DNA from: Bigelowiella natans CCMP2755
Lineage: Eukaryota; Protista; Cercozoa
Direction of reading: 5' to 3'
Length of the DNA stretch: 64,000 nt
Assembly: GCA_000320545.1 (NCBI GenBank)
Contig: ADNK01002544.1
Location: forward strand, 62,001 to 126,000
Below, piece after piece: positions 1 through 13,519 of this stretch. The notes beneath the pieces were generated by a model. It had not been told where the DNA came from and ran no database searches. It saw only the letters and a list, made by a program, of their open reading frames with translations. The position numbers were made by a program, and so were the translations under genes. Within the stretch, counting starts at the first letter, position 1; each line of letters begins with the position of its first letter.

Positions 1-1
1 T

Positions 2-2239
2 GTTGCCAAATGGAAACATATCTACAAACCACACCCGTCAGACAAGAAAAATCGAACCTTTCACGCTGAAACTGAGGCCTGGAGAAATACCTTCAGGAAA
101 AATGAAGACAAAAAGATCCACAGTGTTAATTCACACAACAGAGATTTTTCCATGCATGAACTAAGAAACGTGATCAACAAAGCATCACCGTACAAGTCTC
201 CTGGCGATGATGGTGTTCACCTAAACATGTTGAAAAAAAGCAAGAAACTCCATCAACTGTGGTTAGCTACATTCAACACGTCATGTAGATGGGGTACCCG
301 AGATGGCTCACGCAAGGCGGCCATTTTTTGTCTCATCCCTAAGGCCAACAAAGAACTTGACACCCCTCTCAACGGGAGAACGATTTCTCTCCTACAAATA
401 GCTTCAAAAATGGAAGACAAACTAATAGAACAACGGCTCCGCGAAGCTATACCCCCCAAAAACATCAGCACACATCAGCATGCATTCATGAAAAATCGAT
501 CCTGCGAAACTGCACTCACAAAGATGACGCAGTCAATCGAGGATGGAGTGTGTGACAAAAAGCTTGCAGCCATCCTGTTGTTTACAGATGCCTCTAAAGC
601 TCATCCAAAAGCCTGGCATTCCGGCATGATGCGCAAGTTACATGACAAACACGGAACACGAGGCTCGCTATTGCTGTGGATCGACGACTGGCTCAGAGAT
701 CGTACCGCCAGATTCAGATTTGGCAATGCTCTCTCTGAGCACATGAACCTTGGGAGCGGCGTCCCCGAAGGATCATCTCTCAGCTGTTTCCTGTTCACAA
801 CCCATTGCGACATTTACGAACATGTTGCCAACACAGATTTCCAAATGTGCTGTGACGACGTTGCCCCCCACAAATTGTTTTCGCCAAACCGATGGGGGAA
901 AATGCAAGATGATGTCCAGGCCGACCTAAACCAAATGACGGACTGGTGCATGAAATGGCGGATGCGATTCAATGGGGACAAGAGCGGGTGCCTTGCAATT
1001 GACAAAAGAAACAAAGCCCACCGACACCAAACCTCCTGGAACATCTCTCTCAATCTCCAAGGAAAAATGAAAAGAGTCGACAGCGGCAGATGTCTCGGAC
1101 TGATCTTCGACAACAAATTGACCTTTGAAAAACATGCTCTTGCTTCTCACCTGAGATTGCAAAAGAAGCGAAGGTTTTTGTCAAGGTTGTGTTGTTCCAG
1201 ACACCTTGCACCGCTAAACGTCAGACTGAAATTTTGCAAATCATGGTTCCTTGCATCCAGCAGATGCGCTGCTCCAATGTGGAGATCACGAAGAAACACA
1301 CGAATGAAACAGATGGATTCCATGGAATCCCAAACCCTGAAACGCACATTGGGATCACCTGGATCCATCTCCAACGACGTCCCCCACGTCCTCACTGGCA
1401 CGTTGCCACCCCGATGTCAAACTGAAGTGCAGTGTGCTGAATCATGGTTGCGCACCAACGCATGGATCGACACAGGCAGCGGTCCTCAAATCCATGAGGG
1501 AACAAATGATTGGAGCAGTTGTGGCTTCATCATTGAAAATCGAAAAATGTTGGATGGCACATCGTGGATTGATGTGGCCACACACACGTGGAACAAAGCA
1601 TCCTTGTTTCGACGGCTCAAATCGATCACTGACGACTTGTTAGGTGACGAATTGCCCACCGTTTTGGCGACAACAGAGGCGCTGAAAAAAGAACTGAAAA
1701 AACATCACAAGGTGATGAAATCTTGTGCTTTCAACGAATTCGAAGAGGAATGGTCCAATGATTCATTGCGCGCTGTGCATCTCAAGAATCTTGGTTTCCT
1801 CCCGTCATCTTCGATCACCGGCATCAAACTGAAACTTCCAAGTGTTGCTACATCGTGGATGCGCGCCATCTGTGGTGTCGGCAATCTTGGCAAATTCATG
1901 CTGTCACGTGGACAATGCACAGAGGAAGATGCCACGTGCGATGCATGTGGCATCCTGAAGGACATGGATCATCTCCTGCAATGTCCAATGCATGGTCGAG
2001 AACAAATCAGATTGCGCAATCAAATGCGCGCGATCATGAATCGCAACGACGACACGAACCGGTTGACAAAGGCTGAAATTGAATCCAGAACTGCTGCGCG
2101 CAGTGCGCGGCAACATCGGTCGCATGAGGACGCTTTCAAATGCATGAAACACATTGTGGCAGAAACCAACAGATGCAACATCAGCGCTGTAGCCGCTGCA
2201 TTGCACAGCTACATCAGGATGACCATTGAAAAAATTTGA
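2..2239 (+). mobile_element. Non-LTR retrotransposon (LINE) reverse-transcriptase ORF, cut by the window edge and hypermutated (probably inactive)
   Basis: Frame is open from position 2. RT motifs KSPGDDG, LIPK, RTISLL, QHAF..NRSC, DASKAHPKAWHSG, GVPEGSSLS, QMCCDD (YADD position), RCLGLIFD (YLG position); C-terminal C-x2-C-x7-H-x3-C knuckle (CDACGILKDMDHLLQCP). Conserved Tyr are replaced by Cys/His. Confidence 0.92.
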
Positions 2240-2741
2240 TTCTTCATCACATCCGTCTCATGTGCATGATCGATGTCTAGATGAGCACATCACAATGCAC
2301 ATCTAGACATATGAAGGTTCAGATGCATATTCAAGGCTCATTTATGGATCAAATTTGCATTTGCGACCGCCAACAGCTACGCTGTTGCAATGAAAACACA
2401 TCGCGGTAAAAATTGCCGTAGTCATTGGCCGCATTACTCATGTGGCCATTCTTCACACACCTAGACACACACACACACACACTCTTGCATCTAGCAAAGA
2501 TGATGTACTCATGAGTAATCCAACATTGTTGTGCAGATGATGCAGGCACAGTCCAACAATGAATAAGTATATACTACTACTACAACATTGCATTTGCATG
2601 CATGCATGGGGCCTATTATCCGAGTCCAGGTGGCAAGGACGAATTGTCGTTATCTATCGAGTCATATCAACAACAATCACATCATTAGATTTGATTTGCA
2701 AATGTGTGTTTATATGATGGCCACGCCATAAACATAGTCAT

Positions 2742-5511
2742 TCACATGAACTTACCTCCGTTATCATCATTATTCGTTGAGGTCTCATCCTCATCGATGT
2801 CGGTAGTAGTAGTCGGTGTAGCGCCAACAAGACTCTTTGGCATGGGCTTGAGAGTAGGCTCAATCATCATATTAGGGAGAGGAGGCGCGAGGTTAGGTTG
2901 GTGCTGCTGATGTTGCTGTTGTTCTAATGGTTTCGCTGCTGCTGCTGCTGCTTTAATCGTCTCCAACAGGTCCATTTGATCCATGGAGGGGAACTAATGG
3001 GTAATGAGGCAGTTTTAGGAAAGTGACAGTGATAAAAGTTTTGGCGTCATTGTTGTTATCATCATCATCATCATCATTATCACCTCATCCTTCAATTCGT
3101 CAGGAACTGCACGCAATGGTTGTTCGATTGAGGGGGTTGCTCCAGAACCTGTATATATTTTGATGATATATATTGGCATTTGCCCTTATAATCATTTGTT
3201 CATCAATGCGATGTGATGTGATCCTATTGTCATCTTCCCTTAATTATTTGTCCATCAATGTGATGTAAATGTGATCCTACCGAATCATTAAAAATACCTG
3301 CTGCTGCTGCTGCTGCATTATTCTGTGAGTAGTAATTCGCAGATGTTTTGGCGAGAAGGACGGAGATATCCAGCCCAGCTTGTGAAGGTGCTGGTAATGC
3401 TAGCCTACTATTGCTACTCGTAGCCTATTATTAAAGAAAAAGAAGAAGAAGAAGAAGAAGAAGAAGAAGAAGAAGAACGTATCAAAATGGTATTGTTGTG
3501 GTTGTAAGTAGAAGTATTAGTCTACCATGGAGGGGAAGTCATCTCCCAAATCAGGAAGCTGCTCATCGTTTTGTGGCATGGTTTCGGCTTGTTCGTACGT
3601 CTCCGTGGAATAGGCTGGGGGAAAAAGCATTTGTACGTTAGCAAATACAATACAATACAATGCAATACGGCTTACGATGAGTCTTTTGTTTGTTTATCAA
3701 AGGTTGTGCGTCTACTACTACCCCCCCCAACATAGCACTACATTGCTGTTATAGTAAATAGGGAGCAGCTATAACAATGAAGTACCCTACTACTGCTTAC
3801 TAGGCATATGTACTTTCTATTACTACTACTACTACTACTGCCTACGACCGGTACTCAACTGCAACAATAACAACAACAACAACAACAACTACTACTACTA
3901 GTAGTAGTAGTAAGTAGTAGAGTTTTAGTAGTAATAGTAGTAGTAGTAGTATACCAGGCCTCCGAACAGGTGGGATAAAGCCTCCAGGGTCCTCATCCTC
4001 TCCCTCCTCTTCCAAATTCGATAACTTAAGTCCTCCTTCTTCTGGGCGCCTTGGGAAGTAGTTGTACACATACATATAGCCCTCCTTCATCATCGACTCT
4101 TCTCTATCAGTATATGATTTGTTGACTTTGTCTCCAACCGTCCTTTCCAAGTGTGAAGTCACCGTTCGTGCCGCATATTGCAGGTCAAACTCTGACATAA
4201 TTTCTCTCAATTCTCGTTTTCGGTCCTTCATTTCTCCAAGGTACTCGATACTTCCCACATCTTCCTTCGCCTGGGGAGAGAATTGATGGGTGAGCCCGTC
4301 TTTGGATTTGGGCAGCTTGAGAGGATTCTTAATCTTGTTTTTCTCAGCCTCGATTCGTTTGGCCACTTGGTACGGATCTTCTTCCTCAACCGCATTTGGA
4401 GGTCTATGGGACATGCTCCGGGATCGATCTTCATCACGTGTCCTTAGATTTTCCAGTTGCAAATACTCCATTCTGAGCATGTTTTTGGCTATTGCCTGCT
4501 CCCTTTCTTGGAATGTCATCGGCTTTTCCTTCCTCATCTCGTATTCTGTATTCCACGCCATTACCTGGTCATACCCGTCCTCAAGCAGTATGTTATCTGG
4601 GTTGACCAGCATTTTCTCGAGATTTGCTAGTTCTACCCGCATGCTTTTCTCTTTATCAGGCTGTGTAAATATCTGCTTTGCAGCACCGATAAAGATGGAT
4701 TTAAGATGAGAGAATGGTTCCTTGTGGTTGGAGAGGAGTGCCCCCATGATCAGCTCCCCTGCACGGAAGGTAGAAGGCTCTAGACCTTGAAATGCTCCCA
4801 ACTCATCCTCTAAAGGAATATGCAAGAATTGCGACCCTCTTTGAACGGTGAATTTCATTCTATTGTGAGAATCAAAATCAATCACTATCTCTCCATCATC
4901 AAGATCTTCCTGATTTCTTATAGCTTCATCAATGCTCTCCATAAACCGTTCGAATCGGTACAGCTCAGAGGCTCCTTCTTTCTTGGTGCTGCTGCTGCTA
5001 CTACTACTACTACTACTACTACACTGTGCCTTCATCGCTTCAAAGACTCCTCGCCATCTCTTCACACCATGTGATGCGCCGAAACGAATGACAAGTCTCT
5101 TGGAGAAACGTCCTGCAAGCAATGCTTGTCCATATGCCTCATCTTGCCGTGAAAATGCAGTGGTGATTCTTGGGGGGAGGGGGTTGAGTCTATCAGGCCA
5201 TCCTTGGAAATACCATTCGACTGCCCGCTTGGCTATGTTTAATACCCGACTACTTGACGACGATGACGATGAAGAAGAAGATATTGGTTGTTCTCCTGGT
5301 ACTAAATATGCTTCATCGTCCAAGGGAATCATAGCAGCTCCGTGATCTCCAAACCATTCTCTAGCACCTTTGTTTGCCAACACACACACACACACACACG
5401 CACACGCACACAAATGATCTAAAAGGGGGGATATGCTGCTGCTGCTGCTGCTGCTTTTGTTGTTGCACGACTAGTAGTTGATGATGTGTGCTGATGCTGA
5501 ATCAATCAGTG

Positions 5512-5549
<38 letters not shown>

Positions 5550-5716
5550 TATACACAACACGCCTCACGTAAACAGGTAGTACCTTTTGCATCCACATAC
5601 AGGGCTACATGGTCATAGGCCTTCTGCGTCTTGTTGTTCTTAACACCTCCCTGCCTCTTAATGGAAGCTATTGTGATAATGATGATGATGGTGAGGATTA
5701 TCTGTTGTGTTGGTGA

Positions 5717-5751
<35 letters not shown>

Positions 5752-5816
5752 ATGACGATGATGATGGTAATCAAACTTCGTCGTATAAAGAAACCAAAAA
5801 TAAGATAGAAACATAC

Positions 5817-5856
<40 letters not shown>

Positions 5857-6798
5857 AATACTGCATGTATGCATGTCATTGTGTGCATGTAGGTAGCAAC
5901 AACTGACTGCGTAGCATCATTAGAAAACAAAATCATTCGTTTGCTAGTGTGCATTTATGTATACTATGCTTTTGGCTGTCGTTTTATTCGTTGTATTGCT
6001 GCTCGATACCCTCCTCACCCTCCTCCTCCTCCTCCTCCTCCTCCTCATCATCATCGTAATCATCATCTTCATCACAATTTGTTGTTCTACGTGTTGCTAT
6101 TACATCTACCTGCTGATGGCAAGTTGACTGCAGTCATTGCTAAGAGAGTACCGGGCGTTTCGTCTTCGAGGAGAGGTTTCCCCCCCCTCCACGTAAACTT
6201 GGAAGCTACCGTCAAGTTCGTGGTGTAGTCCCACATGTACCCCGTGAAAGGCTCCTGAAGATAGAAGAAGATGGTGATGGTGATGTTGGGAGATGATGGG
6301 GCACATTAAGAACGTCATCAATGAATCAACACTGCTGTCTTCTCCGTACTCCTTCTTCGGTAGGAATAACAAACAAACACTAGAACAAACAAATCACATG
6401 TGGTTTCTTCTAATTAGACGTCGCCGCCGTTGTCTAAATGCAAGGTGATGACTATCATCACTATGTATTATCATCGGCTACGATGATGGCCCCAGGCCCC
6501 CTCCTCCCTCCCCATTCAGTAAATAATACGCTCTTATTCATTCCTTCCTAAAATGAATATTAGCTACTACAACTACTACTGCTACTACCTGACAACTGAA
6601 GTTTGTTGCAAGCATCTTCCTGAGCTCTTGCACTTGTTGAGCTGTGTCGAGTCCTCTTGGGAATCGTTCGAATGCCATTCCTAGCTTCCATCCCTGCGTG
6701 TAACTGACTTGCTTTAGGTCCCATGGATCATAGTAGTCGGAGATTGCCCCTTTGCGTATCATGTCCCGGTGAAGAACGTAGCCTGTTGTAAGTTAAGT

Positions 6799-6835
<37 letters not shown>

Positions 6836-7517
6836 ATATATCTATATAAGAAGAAGAAGAAGAACCTGTTTCCTTATTGCGGCCTCGATATCTGAACTTT
6901 TGAGGTGGTTTTTGCCTATCTTCAATCACCAGCTTTGAAGCCCCCTTTTGCTTCTTAGCTGCATTTGCTTCGGCCTTCTTTTTCTGAGTAGTAAGATGGT
7001 GGTGGTGAGAGGCAACGATGGTAGTTATTGCAAAGTGATGATCCATGCGAGCTCTGCACTCTAATGTCGGCATCTATTCCCAGCAGCAAGCAGCATGTTC
7101 GCCATCAGCATTATCGACATATACAGCAGCATACGTACTCGTAACAACATCACTAGGTTACTACTATCAGTATTGATGAAACATCATCTATAGGTCAATA
7201 GTCGCCATCATCATCAAGAACACTACTACTACTACTACTACTACTATCAGTATTGATAATACCAGAGCTTCCGCCTTCTTCATATCATCCTCGGCTTTTT
7301 GCTGTTTCCATTGTTCCACGTCCTCAGGGGACATGGAAGGATGATATCCTTCTAAAATACGATAAGTATCTTCCTTGCTGATGCTAGTTCCATCCTCGTC
7401 ATCTTCTTCCTCTTCCTCCTCCTCCTCTTCGGCCTTCTTCTTTAAATCATCGTATCTGAGCCAAGGATCCACCTTGTGTGCAGGGCCTATATCTCTCCCA
7501 CGATTCTTGTAATTTGC
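2742..7517 (-). CDS. Multi-exon gene with a chalcone-isomerase-like (CHI/FAP fold) domain and acidic/coiled-coil extensions; ends uncertain
   Basis: GT-AG bounded exons at about 7262-7517, 6865-6985, 6588-6783, 6108-6256, 5583-5653, 3955-5366 and smaller downstream exons. Spliced peptide EPFTG...DHVALYVDAKGAR...ALLAGRFSKRLVIRF...ELYRFE...GEIVIDF resembles CHI-fold proteins. Confidence 0.5.
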
Positions 7518-7648
7518 TGCACAGAATAACCAACAAATATAGGGAATGAATACACAAAATACGAACAACAAAGAGTTTCTAGTTCCTGTTTCTTGACCGT
7601 TTCCCCCTCCCCCTTCCTCTCTCAATGCAAAAATACATATGTGATATT

Positions 7649-7691
<43 letters not shown>

Positions 7692-9321
7692 ATATTTAGA
7701 GACGAAGGGGGAGGGGGGAGCAGGAGATTACATGCAGTACTGATTTGAGTGACATTAATAATACCGTAAACTTGTAGCAGCGGCAACCGGTTGCTGATCC
7801 TAAGACGAGGAGGAGGAGGAGGCACTACTGCTTTGCGGTTTCTTATTCTTCTTCTTCCAGCATCAACTCCTCCTAACCGATAGAAGGAGGAAGAGAAAAA
7901 TAATGATGATTACAATGGCGACGACGATGGTGACGATGATGGAAATAATAGGAATTCTCTCTCTTAGGCGTTGGAAGATGAAATGTTGTTCCGATTGATG
8001 GCTTCAATAATTTAATGACTTGAGAGCGGATCAAATTTAGACATCGAAAAACAATGTCAAATCGGGATAAAGAGGTCGGTGATTGATCATTACAAACCTT
8101 GATTTAAAGGAATTTTAGCTGCTGAAGTAACTCCTCTACTACATCGGGAAGATAGCCGTGGTGATATTGATAGTTGTAACGTTGAGCTGATAGCAGAATC
8201 GAAGTATAATGCAATGGCCGGAAAGTAGACAAAAGCAAAGTATTAGAGTCCATTTTCATTTCTCTCTTCTTTTCTGTTGTATGAGTTATATAACATCTGC
8301 AAGCAACCTTCTTGACCCCCTCCCTTCGAGGAGGAGGAAACTCGCAAGACCCAGAACACACAACCCCATCTGAATTGTAACATTACAAGGAAACAATCAA
8401 CATATCCGCATATTTGTTTCATCATATAAATAATGCAATGAATTTAATTCATTAAACTCTGAGAGAAAACACAAAAAGTAATTTCCAACGGCATCATAGG
8501 TACGATGTGGAAGTAGAAATAAAAAATAACAAGATGATAATAATACGGCAAAAAAACCTAAACAATGATACCATTTTATTTCCTATCGCAATGTTTAGAC
8601 TATAATAACTATACCATGCTTCGCCACATCATTGTCATTGAACTTATGCTGCCTAACAGGCAGAAGAAGGGCAACTACAATTCCTCCGCCGCTAAGTGAA
8701 CGACCCGTTTAAGTTTTACTTGGCCAACTTGTCTGGACATGATGATGACACATTAAAAAAACACAACAGCACGATTTTGAATAAGAAATGAGTACTTGAC
8801 TAGGAACATATATTCATAACTGGTCTTATATTCTCTATGTGTAAAATTTGGTATGCTTCTCCGTGAAGTGGGGTACTAGCTATACTGCGCCAACTTCCTC
8901 TTCCATCACCATAGAATCATTATACAAAAACACATCAGTATTTTCTTTACATTGATCTTAGGTATTCCTCACGATTATTAAAAGTATCTTAAATTTTGAG
9001 GTGTGTGCAAAAGAGTTCAGCCCCATCCCTCTCTCCAGGCACCCCCCATACCCAGAGGTTCTTCAACGTATTCTGAAAGAATTATTTTGCATAAATATCC
9101 AAATCGCCTTACATTCTCTGAGTGCGTCATCGTCAGTAAAATCTTTCGTCCTGGTGCTGCGATATATTACGTACACATGTCGAAGAAAAGATCTGAGAGT
9201 CTAGACGTAGAAATTCGCTTAATGTATTCGTTAATAGCGACAAGTCTAACTTCATGTCGCTAATAGACCAAGAACGGGAATTTCCACAAAAAAATTGGCT
9301 AGATGCAGAAAAAAAATGTTG

Positions 9322-9394
9322 AACACCTGCCGGGAGTCGAACCCGGAATCTCCTGCTCCGTAGGCAGGCGCCTTATCCATTGGGCCACAGGCGC
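9322..9394 (-). tRNA. tRNA-Arg(ACG)
   Basis: Reverse complement GCGCCTGTGGCCCAATGGATAAGGCGCCTGCCTACGGAGCAGGAGATTCCGGGTTCGACTCCCGGCAGGTGTT folds as a cloverleaf with anticodon ACG and GGTTCGA T-loop; a downstream T-run (Pol III terminator) lies at ~9309-9316. Confidence 0.95.
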
Positions 9395-9610
9395 ATTTGA
9401 GATGCTGCACATTTCAGCAACGTAAGTTAACTTATATAAGATTTTAGTATTGTTTTCAACCAAAATCATGCAATGATTTCTTATTCAACTGTATCCTGAT
9501 AAAAAATGAGGTAATTTTAGACGCTGCGTCATGAATTAAGAACTCAAATCCGCACCAAACGGCAATAAACAGGCAGCCCCAAGTCGGCTCGCCTCAACTT
9601 CTGTATCACC

Positions 9611-10513
9611 ATGTCGTTCAAGTCATCCATCGTTCTTGCCGCCCTTGGACTTTTCCTCGCCAATGCCTGCATTGCTCCTGATTGGTAGGGAATTTTGAGA
9701 AAAAGAGGTTTTCGCATGTGGGTGCAGCTGACTGGCCGTGTTTGATGAATCTTGTGTGTGCGTGCGTGATGTATGTTTTGCATTCGACAGCAACAACAAG
9801 GACTTTGGAAGCTGTGGCAATGCTTGCTGTAAACTCAGTTTTGAGGTTGCCGCAGCTGATGACAAGATTGCAAGCGTTTTTAATGAGACTTTGGCAGGTG
9901 GAGGACCAGGTAGAACAATAATTCATCATGTCTTTCCACCGGGAGGTTGTACATTGCTTTTATTGGTCAGATTCTCGGTTCTTCGAAAGTACTCTTGCAG
10001 AGGGTGTTCGAAATGTTGCTGATCTCCGCCCTTATGGAGTTGGCGTAAGTTTTATCGGACAAACCATTCACACGACCGCAAAGGTAGCTTTTGTGGCAAT
10101 TATCGTACGCAACGCAGTAATGTTTTGATAGTGGAAACACATTCCTCTCTGTACGCGCTATTCGCGGAAACAGCAGTTTGCTTAATAAATGTAATCGATG
10201 GTATGCCTCTCGTTTAAATCAGAGGATATACAATGACACGATCAACTTCACGATATTCAAGAAGAACGAAAGTGCAGCTACGGTAAATGTATTCAGTATC
10301 AGTCAGATCGGAGGAGCATATGGCGATGACGGACAGGTTCTTCTAAGCCCATATTTTACATGTATGAATTTATTTTCACACTTTGTATTGTTTTTCCAGA
10401 ACTTCAAAAATATTGCTGTTCTGATGAAAGATGTTTATGCGAAGCTGAATCTTGAATTTTCATACACTCACGCTGATTCTTCATGCCCAGAGCCTGCAAC
10501 GGTAACCATGTGA
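9611..10513 (+). CDS. Secreted, Cys-containing protein of unknown function (multi-exon)
   Basis: Signal-peptide-like MSFKSSIVLAALGLFLANAC; GT-AG exons encoding NNKDFGSCGNACCKLSF, GQTIHTTAK, YNDTINF..FSISQIGGAYGDDGQ|NFKNI...*. Confidence 0.65.
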
Positions 10514-10619
10514 TTAATCATTTTGGGCACATTCACTTGCCAAGATGATGCACAGTAAGAGGGTCCAGCTTTGGTTGGAACGAAATTGCTGCGGCTACCG
10601 TCGTAATTTATTTCAAGTC

Positions 10620-11600
10620 ATTTATTTTAGCGTAGCGTGAAAACGAATGGCAACATCTAACAACATTACAGTTTGTTTGCATGTGACTTTCATTTCGAAT
10701 CATGATATATATATATAATGACATCATCTGGCAATGGACAACAATGTGGCAGCATGCCTCGCATGTAAGATACAACGTGAGCGATATCTAGATATTACTG
10801 TGTTAGTTTACTAGTTGACAGCATGCACGTGTGATGGTGTGCTACGTGCTGCTGTGTAGCGGTTGAAACACGATCTAGCGATAAACATTATAACATACAG
10901 GATCGATCGATCATGTCGCACCCATCATTTTTGCTGTCTTGCTTGTGTTGCTGGTAGAGACCTGACTTGCTAGCTTGGCTCGTTCACTGTGACTAGCTAG
11001 CTCTAGAGCTAGATGAGATGTATGTCAATATATGCTTTACTGTGCTTACTATGTAAGCTAGCAAGTCAGTCTATGCTAGAGCTCCTTTGAACACTGCGCA
11101 GCATATCCCAGCTATAGTGTCGCTTCCATCCGCAGCTACACCTCTAGATGTACGCAGCAGCAAACAAGAGCACCAATACAATCTTTATTGCCTGCCCACT
11201 CGTTTTGTGCCAGCAGTGTCTATGATAGCATATGAGCGCAGGTGGCGTAAGCGATGCCAAATAAATAATGATCCATGCCATCGTATGCAATAATGCATGC
11301 TAGCATGAGCACGATGATTATAGATGACGCGCATCTCTCATCACTCTATGCTGCGAAATCATATAGGAGCAAACAATGCGCATGCATGTCGGTACATCTA
11401 GAGGATCTATAGATCGATGTAAACGTGTGTATTGTCATGTAGATAGTTGCGAGTCGTCGGAGAATAACATGTACATCGCTAGATCGTCTAGTGGTGGATG
11501 TGCCCCATGCAACATTCATGAATCGCCAAATGTTGTTGACGCTGGATAACCTCTTCTTTATTCGATTACTAATCCGCATGAATATAGAATACTGCATGGG
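10620..11600. repeat. Intergenic, partly TpA-depleted, CTAG/CATG/TGCA-rich island (degenerate repeat DNA)
   Basis: Composition differs from the flanking genes; clusters such as GACTAGCTAGCTCTAGAGCTAG and many CATG/TGCA. Confidence 0.5.
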
Positions 11601-11755
11601 TGGGTAACGTGATTTGTACTCACACAATAACATAATACGTTAATCTACAAATACAAAAAATCAAGAACGTTTTTATAAGTTAAACTACTAATACGAAAAG
11701 AGGACAGCAGTTTCATCTCTGATAGCGAATAATGATTTGATGATGGCTGCTGCGA

Positions 11756-12524
11756 TTAAACTAGGGTTGAAATATATCGTGCAATTGGCATGGTGTGATA
11801 GACTGCTAGTGGAATCAGGATATTGTCAAAATCTGAAGGCGAAAACGCTTCGACTATCGTTCCGACGCTTGCCACAATAACCCATTTTACAAAGTTGTAG
11901 TACGGGTACCCCAAAAAACTACGAAATACCTGCCATTATAACGATGTGATTTTAGGTGAAATCCAAACAATGAGGCAAATGAATAGCACACAATAGTTAC
12001 CTGCATTCCTATGAGCGAGAACACAAAACATGCCAATGACCCCTCTATAGTTTTCACCCTTCCCAGAGCTTTGTACCGATGTTTTCCGTACCTAAAGAAG
12101 AAATCGACAACAACGTGAGGACTGCCAATACTGCATGAAGGAGGAGTAGGCTACTACTGCTCATCATACTTCTTCCCTATCACAGGAGCAAAACCATCTC
12201 CAAAGCCAAGGACAGCCATCATCATTGCCCCTTCTTCACGCCCAAAAAGAGCCAGACCCGTCTATACCAAAGTAACATCAATATTAAATCAATAGTGCAG
12301 CTGGTGAAGAATCAATATTTGGTAGGGTGATGGTCATGGTTTTTAGATGATGATGGCATTTATCATTACTACTACTATTACTACAATAAGACATGCCGTC
12401 CAACTGACCAAAGTCATTGCCATAGTGAACATAAGCGGCCCCAGAAGAAGTTCTGAAGGATCTCCAGTACGACTCATTGTACGCACATCAGGGTCATTTC
12501 GGTCCTTATTGTATATACGTATAA

Positions 12525-12561
<37 letters not shown>

Positions 12562-13387
12562 GGTATCGCTACTGTTCGAAAACTAGTGTCAATAGGTACA
12601 ACACCTTTATTACTACTGCTAATTAATTCAATGCTCTACCTTTATGATAAGGCCCTTCACGAACAATACAACCGAATATGCCTAAATTTTGAATGGAAGA
12701 AGCAGGATATCATTATGTAAAGAATGTGTTGTTGATAAGAATGATATGGATCATTGTTATTGAGTATGATGCAAGTGTATTCAAACGTGATGAGATGATG
12801 CGAATACGTGTAGTACAAACACACACCAGTGGCACTGCCGCATTCAGCCTCCAGCTCCAATGCGAGGAGTCGAAGTAGGGCCAAACCTTGATGAGTACGT
12901 ATGTTTAAGATCGTCGTAGTAAACAATATGAACATGTGATTTTCACATGCACTGAACTTTGCAGAAGGGCAAGGTTGAATATCATACAATGGGTGTTGAG
13001 CCAGCAGGACGAGGATACAACAGCATAACCAAACGTGTTCTTCACCAAAACTCATAAATAACATCAACGTTGCAGCACATGTGAACTGATCATAAGAACC
13101 TACCACAAGCCAACAACTGGCTGACACATGCACTATTTTCCGCGAGAGTTCCGATGAGATGAGACGGCGTTTCCTCAGGTAATTCGACCCTCCAACGGCC
13201 GTAAGGGCGATGACACCTTAGAAAAAGTAGGTGCAAGAAGAGTACGCTTAAAACAACGAACTTTTCGAGGGGCAACTACCATTCTTTCGAGTGATTCATC
13301 ATCATCATCATCAATTTTGCTAAACCAACCAGTAAATGAGCACGCAATCAAATTGCGGTAAAGGCCAGTAAACGATTCCCATCCCAT
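11756..13387 (-). CDS. Phytol/farnesol kinase-like (VTE5/FOLK, cytidylyltransferase-family) membrane kinase, multi-exon
   Basis: Spliced motifs SELSRKIVHVS, FWPYF, TMSRTGDPSELLLGPLMF, LGFGDGFAPVIG, KTIEGSLACF, TIVEAFSPSDFDNILIP; stop at 11756-11758. Confidence 0.85.
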
Positions 13388-13519
13388 GGAGATGATCTAT
13401 CACGGGTTGAGAGGAGGAGGAGGAGGAGGAGGAGGAGGAGGAGGAGACAGCTTCGAGATGCAAGCTCGGGCAAAGGAAGATGACGAGAAGTGCAACAAAA
13501 TCACCTGCAATTTCCATTG

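Noticed and set aside
152-2239. Alternative genetic code (Cys/His codons read as Tyr)
   Set aside because: Host genes and the intact Gypsy use TAT/TAC normally, the replacement varies (Cys, His, Arg), and non-coding DNA and a tRNA are equally affected.
7900-9263. Possible small-exon gene on the plus strand (similar cases at 26270-26860 and 62100-62750)
   Set aside because: No recognisable motifs, and frames could not be joined with confidence.
13320-13517. Signal-peptide ORF (MEIAGDFVALLVIFL...) as a plastid-targeting leader of the kinase
   Set aside because: Out of frame with the kinase exons. The ATG at 13387 splices in frame; an extra upstream intron cannot be excluded.
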